From contig OU015568.1 in the NCBI GenBank assembly GCA_907165135.1, positions 2,852,001-2,916,000 on the forward strand: a stretch of DNA of 64,000 nucleotides, written 5' to 3'. Shown piece after piece: positions 21,618 through 34,441 of this stretch (position 1 is the first letter of the stretch; each line of letters starts with the position of its first letter). The translations under genes and the position numbers were made by a program. The notes under the pieces are model-generated. The model saw only the letters and a list, made by a program, of their open reading frames with translations, did no database searches and was not told where the DNA came from. The DNA comes from Oikopleura dioica. Lineage: Eukaryota > Animalia > Chordata.

Positions 21618-24600
21618 ATGAAGCTTGGAGGTAAGCTACATATTTAACGTCATTTTCTTTCATCTATATTATCAAGCTGCTCTTTTGGGCCGGTCTCTCG
21701 CAGCCGAGACATGTTCTGCTCGCTGTGACGGTGGGGAGACCTCTGAAAACGCGCTTTGCAATGCTGAGCCTTGTTCGGTCTACACTGACGGATCAAATGT
21801 ATTTGGCGATGGAGGCACTTTTGACTCCCTAGAGAGCTGGATTTGCTCAGCCGGATGTTCAATGGAACTTGTTCAGCCCGGGTATTACTCTGACAACGCT
21901 GTTTTTGTCTCTGGAAGGGGCGTTCAGGGTTCCGCAGTATCTATGGATATTGATGGTGATTTGCTGTCAAATCAGGTTCTATTAAATTGCTCAAGTACTT
22001 TTTCAACTGTAAATTAAGGACTATAAAGGCCGTGTTTTCTTCAAGCCTGCTGCTGGCAACGAAGCTGGTACTGTCAAAATGATGGTTCGAAATCAAAAGA
22101 AAGTCGACAGCTCAAATCGATGGAGTCAACTTTCAAGTACTATTGATGTCCCTGCTGGAACTGAAGACTCAAGTTGGATTCCTGTGGATTTTAATTGGAA
22201 CCCACGGGACTCTGTCAGCGGATCGCCTCAGAACTTCATCTATCGGCTCTATCTCCTGTATGTCGGAGAAAACGGCCAGTTTGGGGACTACTACCAGGAT
22301 GAGTCCTTCATTGTTCCAGCTGCTGATCTGGTTTCATTTACATCTCTGATTACTGATGGCGACTTTGAAGCAGGAACGAGTATGTGGTACGCACCAACTG
22401 GCTCAGAAGTAACTTACATGAGAGAAGACAACGGCAACACTTATCTTCTACATCATGGCAGAACCGGAAGCTGGCAAGGACCGATTCACGATCTTGAAAT
22501 CACGCCGGAACTGTTATCTCAAGATATTGAAGCGACATGGCGGGTCAAATCGACTACTTCTGAGCAAGTTAGTCTCACTGGTAAAATCGACGTCACCCTC
22601 TCCGATGGCACCACTGTCAATCTTCTTATGCCGGGTTGTTCCGTTCCTGGAGGCGATTGGATGAAAGCAAGTGGAATGGTCAACATCGGGAAAAATGTAG
22701 AAGATACTTCTCAGGTAACGAAAGTAAGCTTCAAGCTTAGTGGTCCAGCAGCAGGAGTTGACATTTCTCTCGACGATGTGGACATCCATTTCTACTCTGA
22801 TGATAAGTCCTGGGAGACAGCCGCCGACAAGAGAATTAATGCTTATCGAAAATCAAATGTTCTCATGAATGTTAATGTTCCAAACGCGAGCAAGGTTAAA
22901 GTAAAGATGACAAAGAACGCCTTCATGTTCGGTGGGATGTGCGACAAAGACATGCCAAATGTCCTCGACGACTTTGAGAACGATTTCTTTGAGCTTTTCA
23001 ATGGTGGTGTGATGCGAAACGAAATGAAATGGTATCACAATGAGCGATTAATGGATGTGTACAACTATGTCGACGCAGATTACATGATCGACCTCTTCGA
23101 ACAGAAAAATGCGACGCTTCGGGGCCACGCAGTCTTTTGGTCCGTCGACAAACACGTCCAGCAATGGGTTCAAGACATTACCGACATGGCACTTCTTGAA
23201 GAACGAATGATGATGCGAACTGAAGACGTCATCGGCAGATATGCAGGACGAATCCCTAACTGGGACATTTTCAACGAAGTTGCTCACGGCGACTATTTCA
23301 GGCGAAATTTACCAGGTGGAGACGCAATCTGGAGTAAAGTCATGGACCGCATGCTCGAAATTGATCCCAATGTTGACCTCGTCTTCAATGATTACCAACT
23401 CAACACGGGTGATTTCAGTGAGTGTTTTCTTGATGTCACCTCTTCTATCCATCATTATCTCAGTCATTATGGGGTCCAGTCGCACACCAAGAATCCTCGA
23501 CCCCTTGCTATTGATCAGCGAATGAATGTGATGGCTGGAAAGAATCTAGAAAATCGTCTGCTGATCACTGAATTTGACAACGAAGAAGTCGATGTCGATC
23601 GAAGAGCAGAAGAACTCGGTGATTTTATGAAAATGACCTATTCTCATCCGAATGTCGACGCCATCATTGTTTGGAGCTGGCTTCGAGAAATTCAGAAACC
23701 AGATTGGCATCGCGCCATGTTTGAGTCAAACGTAGAAGGAATAGAGACTCAAAACCCGATAATCCCAAAACCTGATGTTTGCGATAAATTCAACGTACTC
23801 TGTAACTATCCGCTAAACCCAAACGCCGCGGGTTACAGATGGCTCGAACTCGTCAAGAACGAATGGAATACAACTTCTGGCCATGCGAATACCCCTGAGC
23901 TGACACCAGCGCTTCTCGCTGATGAAGGTGTCAGTCTCTTCAGAGGAACTTATGATGTCACTGTTTATGACGCATCAGACAACCTTCTCCACACACAGAC
24001 AATTCACGTGACTGATCACGATGCTTGCAAATCGCTTACAAGAATCAACTTTGAAAGTCTGGCGGAGATCGAAGCACTTGCACCGTCTCTCGTCATGATG
24101 GGAACGACCACCACTCCTGTAATTGAAGAAATGGCCGGATGGGTGAAGAATGCTGTCAGAATCACTGGTCGAACAGCACCGTGGAATAACATGGCTCTTG
24201 ATGCGTCACTTTTGCCTACTGGAGCTGAGATCTTCTTCGGCGGCGCTTTTCGAATCGTTGAACCTCTTGATGCTCCTGTATCCGCTTTCATTACTGTCAA
24301 ACGGATGAAAGATGATGGAAGCTGGGCTTACTCCCAAATCGATCGAATAGAAATCCCAGCTGAAGAAGTCAACGACTGGCACACAATCGGAGGAGCCCAC
24401 ACCATCCAAAACGGCGACGATAAAATTTACCTCGTTGTCAAGGACTACATCGGTGATCTCCTCGCAGATAGCTGGTATGCCGACAATCTTGCCGACTACA
24501 AAGCTTGCAACGAGAACACTTTCACCATCGAAGATACTGGATCGCCGCCAGATCCATGCGCCGATGTTACCTGCGGCGAAAACGAAAGTTGCGTCGATGG

Positions 24601-27600
24601 AACTTGTGAGTGCAGCAATGGCTTTATTTTTGATGAATCAACGCAGACATGCGTCGCCGATTCAACGTATTCCTTCACTTCTTCTTTCGGAACAACGTTC
24701 AAAGGAGAAGTAACTGACGCTGGAACCGTCCACTTCAAGGGTATTCGATACGCCGAGTCTCCAACTGGCGATCGTCGATGGAAAGGCCCACTTGCCACGA
24801 CGACTTATCCGACTGAATACGACGCTACTCAGTACGCGCCAAAATGCATGACTCGCGGCTGGAATGCAAACAGCCCCACTGCTGATGAGACAAGTGAAGA
24901 TTGCTTGTTCGTCAATGTAATGACAAAATCAGAATATATCGAAAGCGGCGAGAAAAAGCCCATTATGGCGTACATTCACGGTGGCGCTTATAATTTCGGA
25001 GATGGTCGAGTCGAGTATAACAATCTTGTCCTTGATCAGGGAGTCATCTACGTCTCGATCCAGTACCGACTCGGCCCATATGGATTCCTTTACCATGAAG
25101 GTGCGGATACACCCTACAATGGAAACTGGGGATTACTCGATCAAAATGTCGCGCTTCAGTGGATTCAACAATTTGCTGGCGAGTTCGGAGGTGATGTCAA
25201 TCAAGTAACTTTGAACGGCTGCTCTGCTGGTAGTGCTTTGACCTGGTGGCACTTGACCGTGCCAGAATCCTGGCCACTCTTCCATCGGGCGATAACAAAC
25301 GGTATCGGCGCATATGCCAGTTTTGGAAACAACTCCGACATTGAGATCAGCAAGGGCTACGTCGACTACACCATGGATCAAGTCGGCTGCAGCAATATCG
25401 CGTGCCTTAGATTAAAGACTCCATCCGAGCTCAACACGCATTTTACTGACGCCATCAAGCAAGTTTACAATCCAACGAAAATGTACTTGTCGCCAGGTTT
25501 TGCTCCTGTTGTTGACGGACTCATCAAAACGAAATCAACCCTTGAGTCGCTTCTTGCAGGAGAGATTAGGCCTAATACTCCTATTTCTTGGAATTACGCT
25601 CGGGATGATGCCTGGGGAATGGTCGATGGCGCATTCAATGATGCTACTGATGTAACTTCTAGATATGAGTTCATTCTGACATAACTTTTTTCTAGAGACT
25701 CGACGTTTTTGCTGGACGAGAAGACGAAATCTCCGCTGCTCAATCTGCATCCGGGTTCCATGTTCCTTCTGATTATTCCGATCAGATCCTCCGAGCCATC
25801 TATGGAGACGCTCATTTCACCAACCATCTCCAAAGCACTTTTGGCTGTTCTGATGTTGACGGTGTCGCTCAAGATTGCCAAGACGCACTAAGCAGATTCG
25901 GTGTTGCTCACACTTGGACTTGCAACACTCAATACGGCTTTACTGGCGAGGCTCTTACCAATCCCGATATCGGACCAATATACCCCATGGAATTGAGCTA
26001 CAAAACTTGCGAAAATAACGATCAAAATGAGAAAACGCGAACTTGCCACTGCGCTGATAACCAAATGATCATGGGCAATCAAATCATCGGTCCTTGGCTT
26101 CCAGAAGACGAGCAGTTTTTCAAACTCGGCATGCGCAACTACTGGGGTGAGTTTATCAGGACAGGTACTTTCCCAACAGGGGATTTCGGAACGATGAAAC
26201 CAATCACCGAGTTGAATGGCGATCTGAACTTGATCGACATCACCGGAATTCGACAAGAACCAGCCTATGCCGAAGAATGCGCCGCTTTGAACGCTCTTGC
26301 TGACGAGATCGGCTACCTTGAGCTTTACAACAATGGATATTTTCACGTGGATGAGCCTGAGAACCCAAACGAATTCTCTTTCACAACTTCTGACGGAACA
26401 ACTACGTTCACTGGAGAAAAAACAGCTTTCGACAACATCCATTTTAAAGGGATCAAATTCGCAGAAGCTGAACGATGGGCGCCTCCAGTCATGAAGACCA
26501 GCTACCCAGCTTCTGTTGACGCAACAACCTACGGTGCTGCCTGCATGAATGCTAACTGGACTCCAAATACCGCGAGCCCACCTGAGTACTCAGAAGATTG
26601 CCTCTTCATCAACGCACACACCAAGGCCGAATACATCCAAAACGGAGAAAAGAAGCCAATTTTGATCTTTGTGCATGGCGGTGGTCTACAGGGCGGAAAC
26701 GGCTACGAAGAATTCGATGCGCTGATCTCCAACGAAGAAGTTGTCATGTTCTCTATTCAGTACCGAGTTGGCCCGTATGGATTCATGTACAATCACGATT
26801 CAGTAGAAGAACACAAGGGCAACTGGGGATTCCTCGATCAGCAGATGGCGCTCGCTTGGGTTCAACAATGGGGAGGTGAGTTCGGAGGTGATGTTGATCA
26901 AGTGACAATAGCTGGCTGCTCCGCGGGCGGTCAATCTATTTGGTGGCATCTCACCATGCCCAGTTCCTGGCCATACTACCATCGAGCAATTACAACTGGA
27001 ATCGGTGTCGGCGGCACCTGGAACACTACTGCTAATTTGGAAGTGAATAGAATGTACAACGAGTACGTTGCGTTGCAAATGGAATGTGAAGACATCGATT
27101 GCCTTCGAACAAAAACACCAGAGGAACTCAATCCTCTCTTCAAAGCTGCTCCAAGCATGTTCTTGTTGGACGGAATCTTCCACGACGCTCAGTATGGTCC
27201 GCAAGTGGACGGAGTTTTGAAGAGCAAGACGAATCTCGAATCGCTCTACGCTGGAGAAATCAGGCCCAACACGCCGATTTCCTGGAATTACAACAGGGAT
27301 GATGTTTGGAACCTCCTCGACGGTGAATTTGCTAAAATGGTCACAGTAAGTCAAATGAATATCTCCAATGGTAAAAACTTTCAATTTTTAGCGTCTTGAT
27401 GAGCTAAAAGACAAGCTGGACGATCTTGAGGCACTTCAGATTTCTTCTGGCTTTGAAGTCCCATCAGATTATACCGATCAAATGCTCCGAGCTTCCTATG
27501 GCGATGAATTCTTCGCCACTTACATTGAGCCTGTTTTCAGCTGCCCTAATAGAGAGAATGGTGAAGTCGTAGACTGCAAGCCAGCGATGAATCAATTCCA

Positions 27601-28130
27601 AAACGCTCAAAAATGGAGCTGCAACACGCAATTTGCTCTTTCGGGCGCGCCAATGACCGATCCTAACATCGGTAAAAACGGATATTGTAAAATACGCTTC
27701 AATGAATTCAGGGCCTATCTATCCATTGGAGCTTACTCACGAAAACTGCGTCTCTGACACTCGAGTCTGTCACTGCCACGACAAATTTATCCTCTTTGGA
27801 AAAGCGGCGATCTACCCTGGACTTGGGGATAAAGAGATTGATTTCCGAACCGCTAGTCGTGAATACTGGGGCGAATTTATCAGAACAGGGACCTTCCCGA
27901 ATGGACATTTGGGCGAAATGAAAACGATCTCAGAATTGAATGGGTAAATTTATGAAAGAGAATTTTTTTTCCTTAGTACAATAATTCTAGTAAGTTGAAT
28001 TTGCTCGACGAAGACGGAATCGTCCATGACTATGCGTACGAGCAAGAATGTGCAGCTCTGAATGCTCTTGGAGACGAAATTGGACATCTTCGAATGTACC
28101 AGAACGGATACTACCACAAATATGACCAAG
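21618..28130 (+). CDS. Secreted multidomain enzyme: Cys module, CBM4/9-like x2, GH10 endo-xylanase, CBM-like, EGF, type-B carboxylesterase x2 (~2000 aa; last exon uncertain)
   Basis: Signal MKLG|AALLGRSLA; GH10 motifs NEMKW, RGH, WDIFNE (23261-23278), VQSH, ITE (23564-23572); EGF CADVTCGENESCVDGTCEC; two esterase modules with EDCLF.N, HGG, YR.GP.GF, NWG.LDQ, GCSAG; in-phase GT-AG introns 21976-22018, 25652-25695, 27346-27390, 27672-27711, 27944-27990. Confidence 0.9.
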
Positions 28131-28304
28131 GTAAGTTAAAATTAACGAATTATATGAACAGCGATTCATATGAATTCGAAAATAACAGAACAAATATATT
28201 TTCTAATGAAGCTTTTCCATCTTTACTGCTGAATAAAACTCTATTTTCGCACAAAAGATGCTTCGAAATGTCAACTTTTTTCATCTCAAAAGGTCATGCT
28301 TTCA

Positions 28305-28739
28305 TTAATCATTTGCATATTTATTTCTTATCGAAATCGCATTCTCGAGCAGGTCATTACATGTTTTTTCAGTTAAAGAATTCAACGAAATCCTAATATC
28401 TTCCATTTTTTCGTCGATCTTCGCAATATTAGAAGAAATCTCGACAGGGACTTGCATTTTCTGTACGTTTAAAATTACCATCGTCGCCGTCAGAATCCCC
28501 TGAATCAAAGATTTTCATCAAGTTCAAAGCAAAAGGGCTTGTACCTTTGCTTCGCCGAGCGTTTTCGTCAGTTTTGCGGCAGTTTCAAAACCAGAATTGA
28601 ACCCTTTCTGCATCTCTTCCTCCGCATTCAATTCCATTCCAAGTTTGAAGCTTTCTGTTTTGATTTGATTTTCATGCTTTTTCGTTGTCAGACGCATCAC
28701 TTCATCGTCGTTTGCTTCTTCGTCCCAAATATCGTCCAT
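28305..28739 (-). CDS. YAE1: YAE1-like maturation factor
   Basis: Acidic N-terminus MDDIWDEE.., then KTESFKLGMELNAEEEMQKGFNSGF..GEAK|GILTA matches the Yae1_N G..LQ.GF..G pattern. Confidence 0.65.
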
Positions 28740-29028
28740 ATTGATTTTTTCTGAAGTCTTTTCTTATCTATCAGGATGAGATATTGACATAAATTGAAGA
28801 TCATGCGAAATTGGAGTACAAGAAAAAGATGAAGAAAGGTTATCTCAAAGAAGTCGAAAAAAGGAGGGTTTGATAAAGTTTTTGCGCGTATTTGAAATGT
28901 GTAATCGTTATTGAGGAGGTCGCTAAAAGTGGCACGGTATGGTAAGTACGATACTTAAGTAAGTTACTAAAGTAAATACAAATACAAAAAAGACAACGTA
29001 AAAGAGAATGATGAAGAGAGAATTATGT

Positions 29029-29295
29029 TCAGTTCTTTGACTTCGACGTTGAAGAATGAAAAACGGGAGAGGCTGCCATCAGCTGTTCGATGTATTTTCC
29101 CAAGACTTCGTTTTCTGACCTAAAAAACGAACTACTCTCAGTATTCCAGACTTTGACGGACCTGAGTCGGATATTTTCATCTCTAACAGACTCGACTCGC
29201 TGGCTTAGATCTTCAAGGGTATTTTGGAGTTCTAGTATTTGCGTTACGAGCGCTTCTTTCTGCGTTAATTCACCAGGTGTTCCTGCAGAGCTCAT
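29029..29295 (-). CDS. SCOC: Short coiled-coil protein
   Basis: [34 protein letters not shown]|[19 protein letters not shown]. Confidence 0.93.
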   Translation of the reverse strand: MSSAGTPGELTQKEALVTQILELQNTLEDLSQRVESVRDENIRLRSVKVWNTESSSFFRSENEVLGKYIEQLMAASPVFHSSTSKSKN

Positions 29296-29383
29296 TCTTT
29301 ATCTGAACAAAGATATCATCTCATATGGATGGACACAGGTTTATTTCAGTAATTCAATAAGTTACAGTAGGTGAAAAGCAGTC

Positions 29384-29717
29384 TTAAAAGTCAGTTACGC
29401 GGCCCTTTCGCTCCCAGTCGCCAAATCTTGTTGGTTCAACGCCACCAGGTCCTCCCCGTTCGCCAGTTTCTGGGTTTACTAAAAATTATTTGAGAAAATT
29501 TCCCTTTGGGACGAAAGTTACCTCCACCAGGGTGCTTCTGAATAGGCGCTTCTTCCATGTAAAGCTTTCCCTTTTGACTAGCTGGCATTCTTCTAACCGC
29601 TTCAAGATCGGCTTCAGTCTTGTCGTCGAACTTTCCTTTTGGGTTGACTGGAGGCCTAGCGGAAGTGGTTTTTGCGCGAACGATCAGTTTTGCCGGGTTA
29701 AGGGCTCGTTTCAGCAT
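29384..29717 (-). CDS. SDHAF4: Succinate dehydrogenase assembly factor 4 (Sdh8)
   Basis: Last exon [31 protein letters not shown] is the family signature; basic N-terminal targeting-like sequence. Confidence 0.92.
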
Positions 29718-29851
29718 TCTATGAAGATCTTTGTATGTCAATTAATTTCTAGAGATGTCTAGGGATGTATCCTTGAAAGATGAATTGCGGGACAGAATTT
29801 GAAAAATTAAAAACTAAAATATGATAAAGTTTCAGTAGCATTTAATAAATT

Positions 29852-31834
29852 CTAAAGGCCGAGCTGTGCTCGGGCAGCTTTTTGGATGTCCTTGGGGAGC
29901 TTCCAAAGTTTGTGATTTCCCGACATTTGCAGCTTGATATCGAGTTCGATTGGGTCCGAGCAGATGAATACGTAAGGAGCTTTGCTGCTACCGTCGGGGT
30001 ATTGCACTCTGTAGTCTTTCTGTAAGAAGAAGCATAAAAATTGAGCGTTGAAAAGAGAAAAGGTACCTGAGTTAGACAATCGTCGACATTCACAAAGCCC
30101 AGAAGGGAGCTGATCGGCCAGTCAAGATCCTTTCCTTCCGGATGATCTTTCAAAACATCGTCCAGGGTTTCTTGATCAGCATGCCGAGAGGAAGAATGAA
30201 TCCAGAGCCGACCACGATGGTTTGTCGGCCAGACGCGGCCCTCGTGGATTTTTATTCCCTTGATGAGGAGAGATGCCCACGGCTGATGCATGGTCAGACA
30301 AGTGCCAGTGTCGGACATTTCGCTCAAACGGGCGTCTTGAATTCGTGATCTAAAAACGTAAGGTCTTCTCGGCGGAGTCTCTTTTTACCTTTTAGCTTTC
30401 TTTTCCTTAGCAGGTCCATTTTCCTCCTTCTTTTTGAAAGTATAAGTTAAGTTGTTGTTTCCCAAATCTTCATTGAACAGAAGCAGTTCTTTATTATTCC
30501 TTTTTTCGACTACAACTTCTTCCACTTTGTTTTCTTCGATAAATTCGTCCAAGGTCTGTTCTTCCATATCTCCGCTCTCCAAATTGAGGCTGAATTTTTG
30601 GTTCATTCGTGATCCAAATCGATGCTCTCGGATTTTTTCTTCGTCCACTCCTCTATAAATAAAATGGTCAGAGCAGAATTTTAAAGCAGTATTTTACTTG
30701 TAGTAATCCGTTTCATCGTCGACAACTTCTGTTCGTTTCGCCGAATTGCGATCAAAATCCAACAAACGATCCTTTCTAGCGAGCGCTTTTTTCAAGTTCT
30801 CGTCGGTGATGTAGGCCACGTCTGGATAGAGAACTTCTTTGCCGCAGAAGAGACAAGGACCTTCGCCTTCTTGCTCGCAAACGATTCTACCGCAAGCAAG
30901 ACAATTGTTGATAAGCTCGTGTTTTTGGGCTTGGCAATCGCAGACGTTCCTTCCTTAGGAAGAATAAGAGATCATTATCGAATAGAAATAATTAAGCTAC
31001 CTGGCATGAGGAAGCCTCCATCCTCCGCTTCATCCAGCGTTTTAAACTTTCTTCTTTTCTCCTTTTTCCGCCGTGGTTTCGGCTTGTACGCTTCTGGCAT
31101 TTGAAACGATTCATCCTCCTTCGGCAGGTTTTCTTCCGCCTTCTTTGAATCACTCGGCGGTTCTTGCGCTGGCTGGACTGGCGGATTCTTTGGTCTTCCC
31201 TTTCGACGAGTTTTCGCCTGGCCAGTTCGTTTGTCAACGATTTTCGGGGCGTCGGAATAGGTTGTGCCGAAGAGGGATGAAGCGAGTTGAGCAGCTGATT
31301 GGACCTGTGGCTCCGAGGAATTGCTGGGAGGAGTTGGGGTTGCTTGAGAGCTTCTTTCTTGAATCGGCGAATCCCTCCCGTTCAGCTGCCCCGGGAGCGC
31401 ACTATCTTGAAGCAAAATATTTCTCCCTTTCTTGTTTTTCTTTCCTCTCCCTCCTCCCCCTCTTGGCGCTGAATTTTCTTGCTTTGGTGCACTCTAGCTA
31501 TTGGGTCGGGAACAAATTATGCTGGATCGAACTCGAAAAGATCTTACGAAATCTACGGATGTGTTTTTAACTTGCTTCGTGCCGACCCATCCCTGACCAA
31601 ATTTTCTTCGGACCAATTCGTCGATGAATACTTTTTGCTCGCCGAAAAGTTCGGAACAGTATTTTCGAAGAGCAGCTTCTGAAGGTTGATTTTCAATCGC
31701 CTTTCTTTGGCTTTAAACTATCATTTTCAGAGATATTTTTTAATTACAACAAAAGTAAAAAGCCTTTCCGAAATAAGTCCAGCATCCGAGAATCCAAGCA
31801 GCGTTTCCATCTGATGAGCCAGCCATTGTCTCAT
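29852..31834 (-). CDS. TRIP4: Activating signal cointegrator 1
   Basis: zf-C2HC5 CDCQAQKHELINNCLACGRIVCEQEGEGPCLFCG and ASCH domain CLTMHQPWASLLIKGIKIHEGRVW..HRGRLWIH. Confidence 0.93.
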
Positions 31835-32287
31835 CCTTTCTTTTTCTCTTTCTTTTCGAGCAAATCTGAAATGAAAAAAAAAGAAAAAGTGGCTGGTTCG
31901 ATCCTTCGAGAAAGGGAAAGTTCGCGAGTCGGGGCGCCAATTGGCCAGAAGTGGAAATTATATCAGATTTTTGTAAAATTGAAGAGAATTGAAAAGAAGA
32001 CTGTGTTTAGCAGAAGAAACTACTTTTTTTATACAGGTAATTGAATAATTTGAAAATATTTTTTTCAATTTTTAAGAAAAGGATTTCTATTTGCTAAAAA
32101 AAGATCTGCATGTAGATGACCTTTTCAACCTCTTCTGATAAGTCATTATTAAATGACTTCTATTAACAAATTAGATAAATAATATAATATGCGAACTAGG
32201 GCACCCTCGCGCGAAGAAAAGCGGCGAACAAGGGCACCCCTTTCTTTAGCTTATTCAGAGTAAGTTATTTTCGTTTTCAGGTAAAAA
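31835..32287. promoter_or_regulatory. Probable bidirectional promoter between two operon-like clusters
   Basis: ~450 bp between divergent TRIP4 and ZC3H3 starts; contains direct repeat GCGAAC(T/A)AGGGCACCC at 32191 and 32224. Confidence 0.55.
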
Positions 32288-33353
32288 ATGTCTCCCCCTC
32301 CAAATTTCCACAACCCTCGAAAATGGGTTCGCTCGGAACCCACAAACAACGCGATAAAAACCAACACCAAAATCGTCAAAAACCAAGTCGCCAAACCAAA
32401 AAAGGGCCCAGTCGCCTCTCCCTCTACACTTCGCAAAACTTTCAAGAAATGGATCAACTCTCTTTGAAATGAAGCTGGTCTTTTTCACGGCGAATTAATC
32501 GGATCCCTGAAAAGCCAGACAATCGAATATACTGTCGCTATTTCAATGCTACAGGGATTTGTCGAAATCACAAATATTGCAAATTCGAACACGATTTTTC
32601 CCGAGTTAAAATTTGCCCAGAGGTAATTATTGATGATTCTTATAATTGATTAAACTAAAATTCGTTTTCAGTTCATAAGACGCGGAGAATGCGAAGCCCC
32701 AAACTGCAAATTACGCCATGTGATCGACCCCCATACGATGGAGCATTGCGTCCATTTCACAAAAAGCACTTGCTCCAAAGGCAAGAAATGCCCCTTTCCG
32801 CACGTCAAAGTCGCCGAGAACGCGAGAGTGTGCATAAATTTCCAACAAGGATACTGTGCCAAAGGGCTTGAGTGCAGACTGAGACATGAGAGGAAAAAGA
32901 AAAAGGACAAGGAAGATCAGAAAGTTATTAATCCTTTGGAAGCGCTGCTGCCTTTCAAGATTCGGATACGAAATAATGAAAATTTAATCGATAACCGAAA
33001 AATTTTGTCAAAAGCCGCTTGCGGCTTCGAGCTATTGGATCAATCCATTTCGTATCCGTAAAAAGTCAGAAGCAGAAAAAGAGCAAGAACAGCTCGAGAA
33101 AGAAATCTTAGATACAGAAATCCAGACTGGTTGGCGATCGCTATTCGCTGTTCCTAACCAGCCTCTCCAAACTCTCCCGGATATTTCTGAAATGCGGGAG
33201 AGCTTGGAGAATCAACCTGAAACGGGGCAGGATGATCCTCTTCCCCCTAAAAAGAAGGAAGAGGAAAAAATCACCCGTCGTTATTTGTCGACGACGAAAG
33301 TGATTAAAAATTGCTCCTGGGACATACCAGGATTATGTATGAAACTTCTATGA
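32288..33353 (+). CDS. ZC3H3: CCCH zinc-finger protein, ZC3H3-like
   Basis: Tandem CCCH array YCRYFNATGIC..CKFEH..VKICP|..CKLRH..HCVHFTKSTC..CPFPHVKV..VCINFQQGYCAKGLECRLRH with ZC3H3 spacing. Confidence 0.75.
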
Positions 33354-33509
33354 AAAAACTGGTCAAACCAAAGAATTACTCAGTTCAGCATTTTTCTCTT
33401 TTCTCTGCCAAAATTTCACTTATCGCTTCAATTTTTACAACAAGTCAGAGCTAAAACAAGGTCTTTACTATTTTACTTTTAGATTGTTACAGTAAAATAC
33501 AGTGAATAA

Positions 33510-34390
33510 ATGGCCAATACAGTGCAGCTTCCAGGAACACAGTTAGGCCTCGATGAAAATGTCAGAATCGGACCAGGGTTGAAACGAAATCATTACGATG
33601 GCAGTATTCATGTCACAGAGGTTTGTACTTAACCAATTGTTGCGTTTTCAATTTTCTTACCATGCTTTCTTAGTCTGGAGTTGTGCGAGGCCTGAACAAT
33701 TTGGCATGGATGGAAGGTGCGCGAAAACGCTACATTCCTGTCAAGGGTGACTTGGTCCTTGGAGTTGTGACGCACAAACATCCGGATTACGTACGAGTGG
33801 ATATAAATGCTCCGGAACTGGCGACTCTTTCCGCATATGCCTTCGAATCAGCGACGAAAAGAAATAGAGTGGCAATCAATATTGGCGATTTAGGTACTTA
33901 TCTTTTTGCAACTGACGCTTAATGAAATGAACGACTTTATTCTAAACGATAGGCCGCTTACCGGCTCAGAAAAGTCTCATATAAATAATTTTAGTCTTCG
34001 CGAAAGTATCAGTAGCGCTGCCAGACTTGGAGCCGGAAATAGTTTGCTGCAACATGCGAACAGGCAAAGCCGATGGAATGGGAGTCATTCAAACGCAAAA
34101 GTTTTCGAACTCGATTGTTGTGAATTTACAAGCGGCGAGAAAGGCCCTCTCGCCCGAAAGTGTCTTTGGAAAAGGTATGAAATTCTTGCCTTTTTCAATT
34201 GAAAAAAAAACCTTTTTTAGCAATTGGAAAACACGGGCCATTCGAGTGGTGTATTGGCGTCAATGGACGAGTTCTAGTCACGACGCAGAAGATGAAAATG
34301 ACGACCCAAATCTGCCGCATTTTTCCTCTGATAACTTTTCTAACGAATGCTCAAATTGAAGGACTTGTTGATACTGCGCTTAGACCATGA
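33510..34390 (+). CDS. EXOSC3: Exosome complex component RRP40
   Basis: RIGPGL..KRYIPVKGDLVLGVV..AFESATKRNRVAINIGDL|VFAKV..EPEIVC..PFEWCIGVNGRVLV. Confidence 0.93.
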
Positions 34391-34441
34391 AGAAGACGAA
34401 TAATCGCCCAGATCTTTCGATAAATCATTATTTTTTTCAGA

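Noticed and set aside
25888-27384. Long minus-strand ORFs of 184 and 194 aa
   Set aside because: Antisense shadows of esterase exons with no recognisable motifs
21618-28130. Bacterial contamination or a prokaryotic xylanase operon
   Set aside because: The gene has in-phase spliceosomal introns, a signal peptide and an EGF module, and is contiguous with animal genes
32430-32480. In-frame TGA in ZC3H3 as selenocysteine or readthrough
   Set aside because: A 42-nt GC-AG intron ending atgaag removes it in frame; no SECIS evidence
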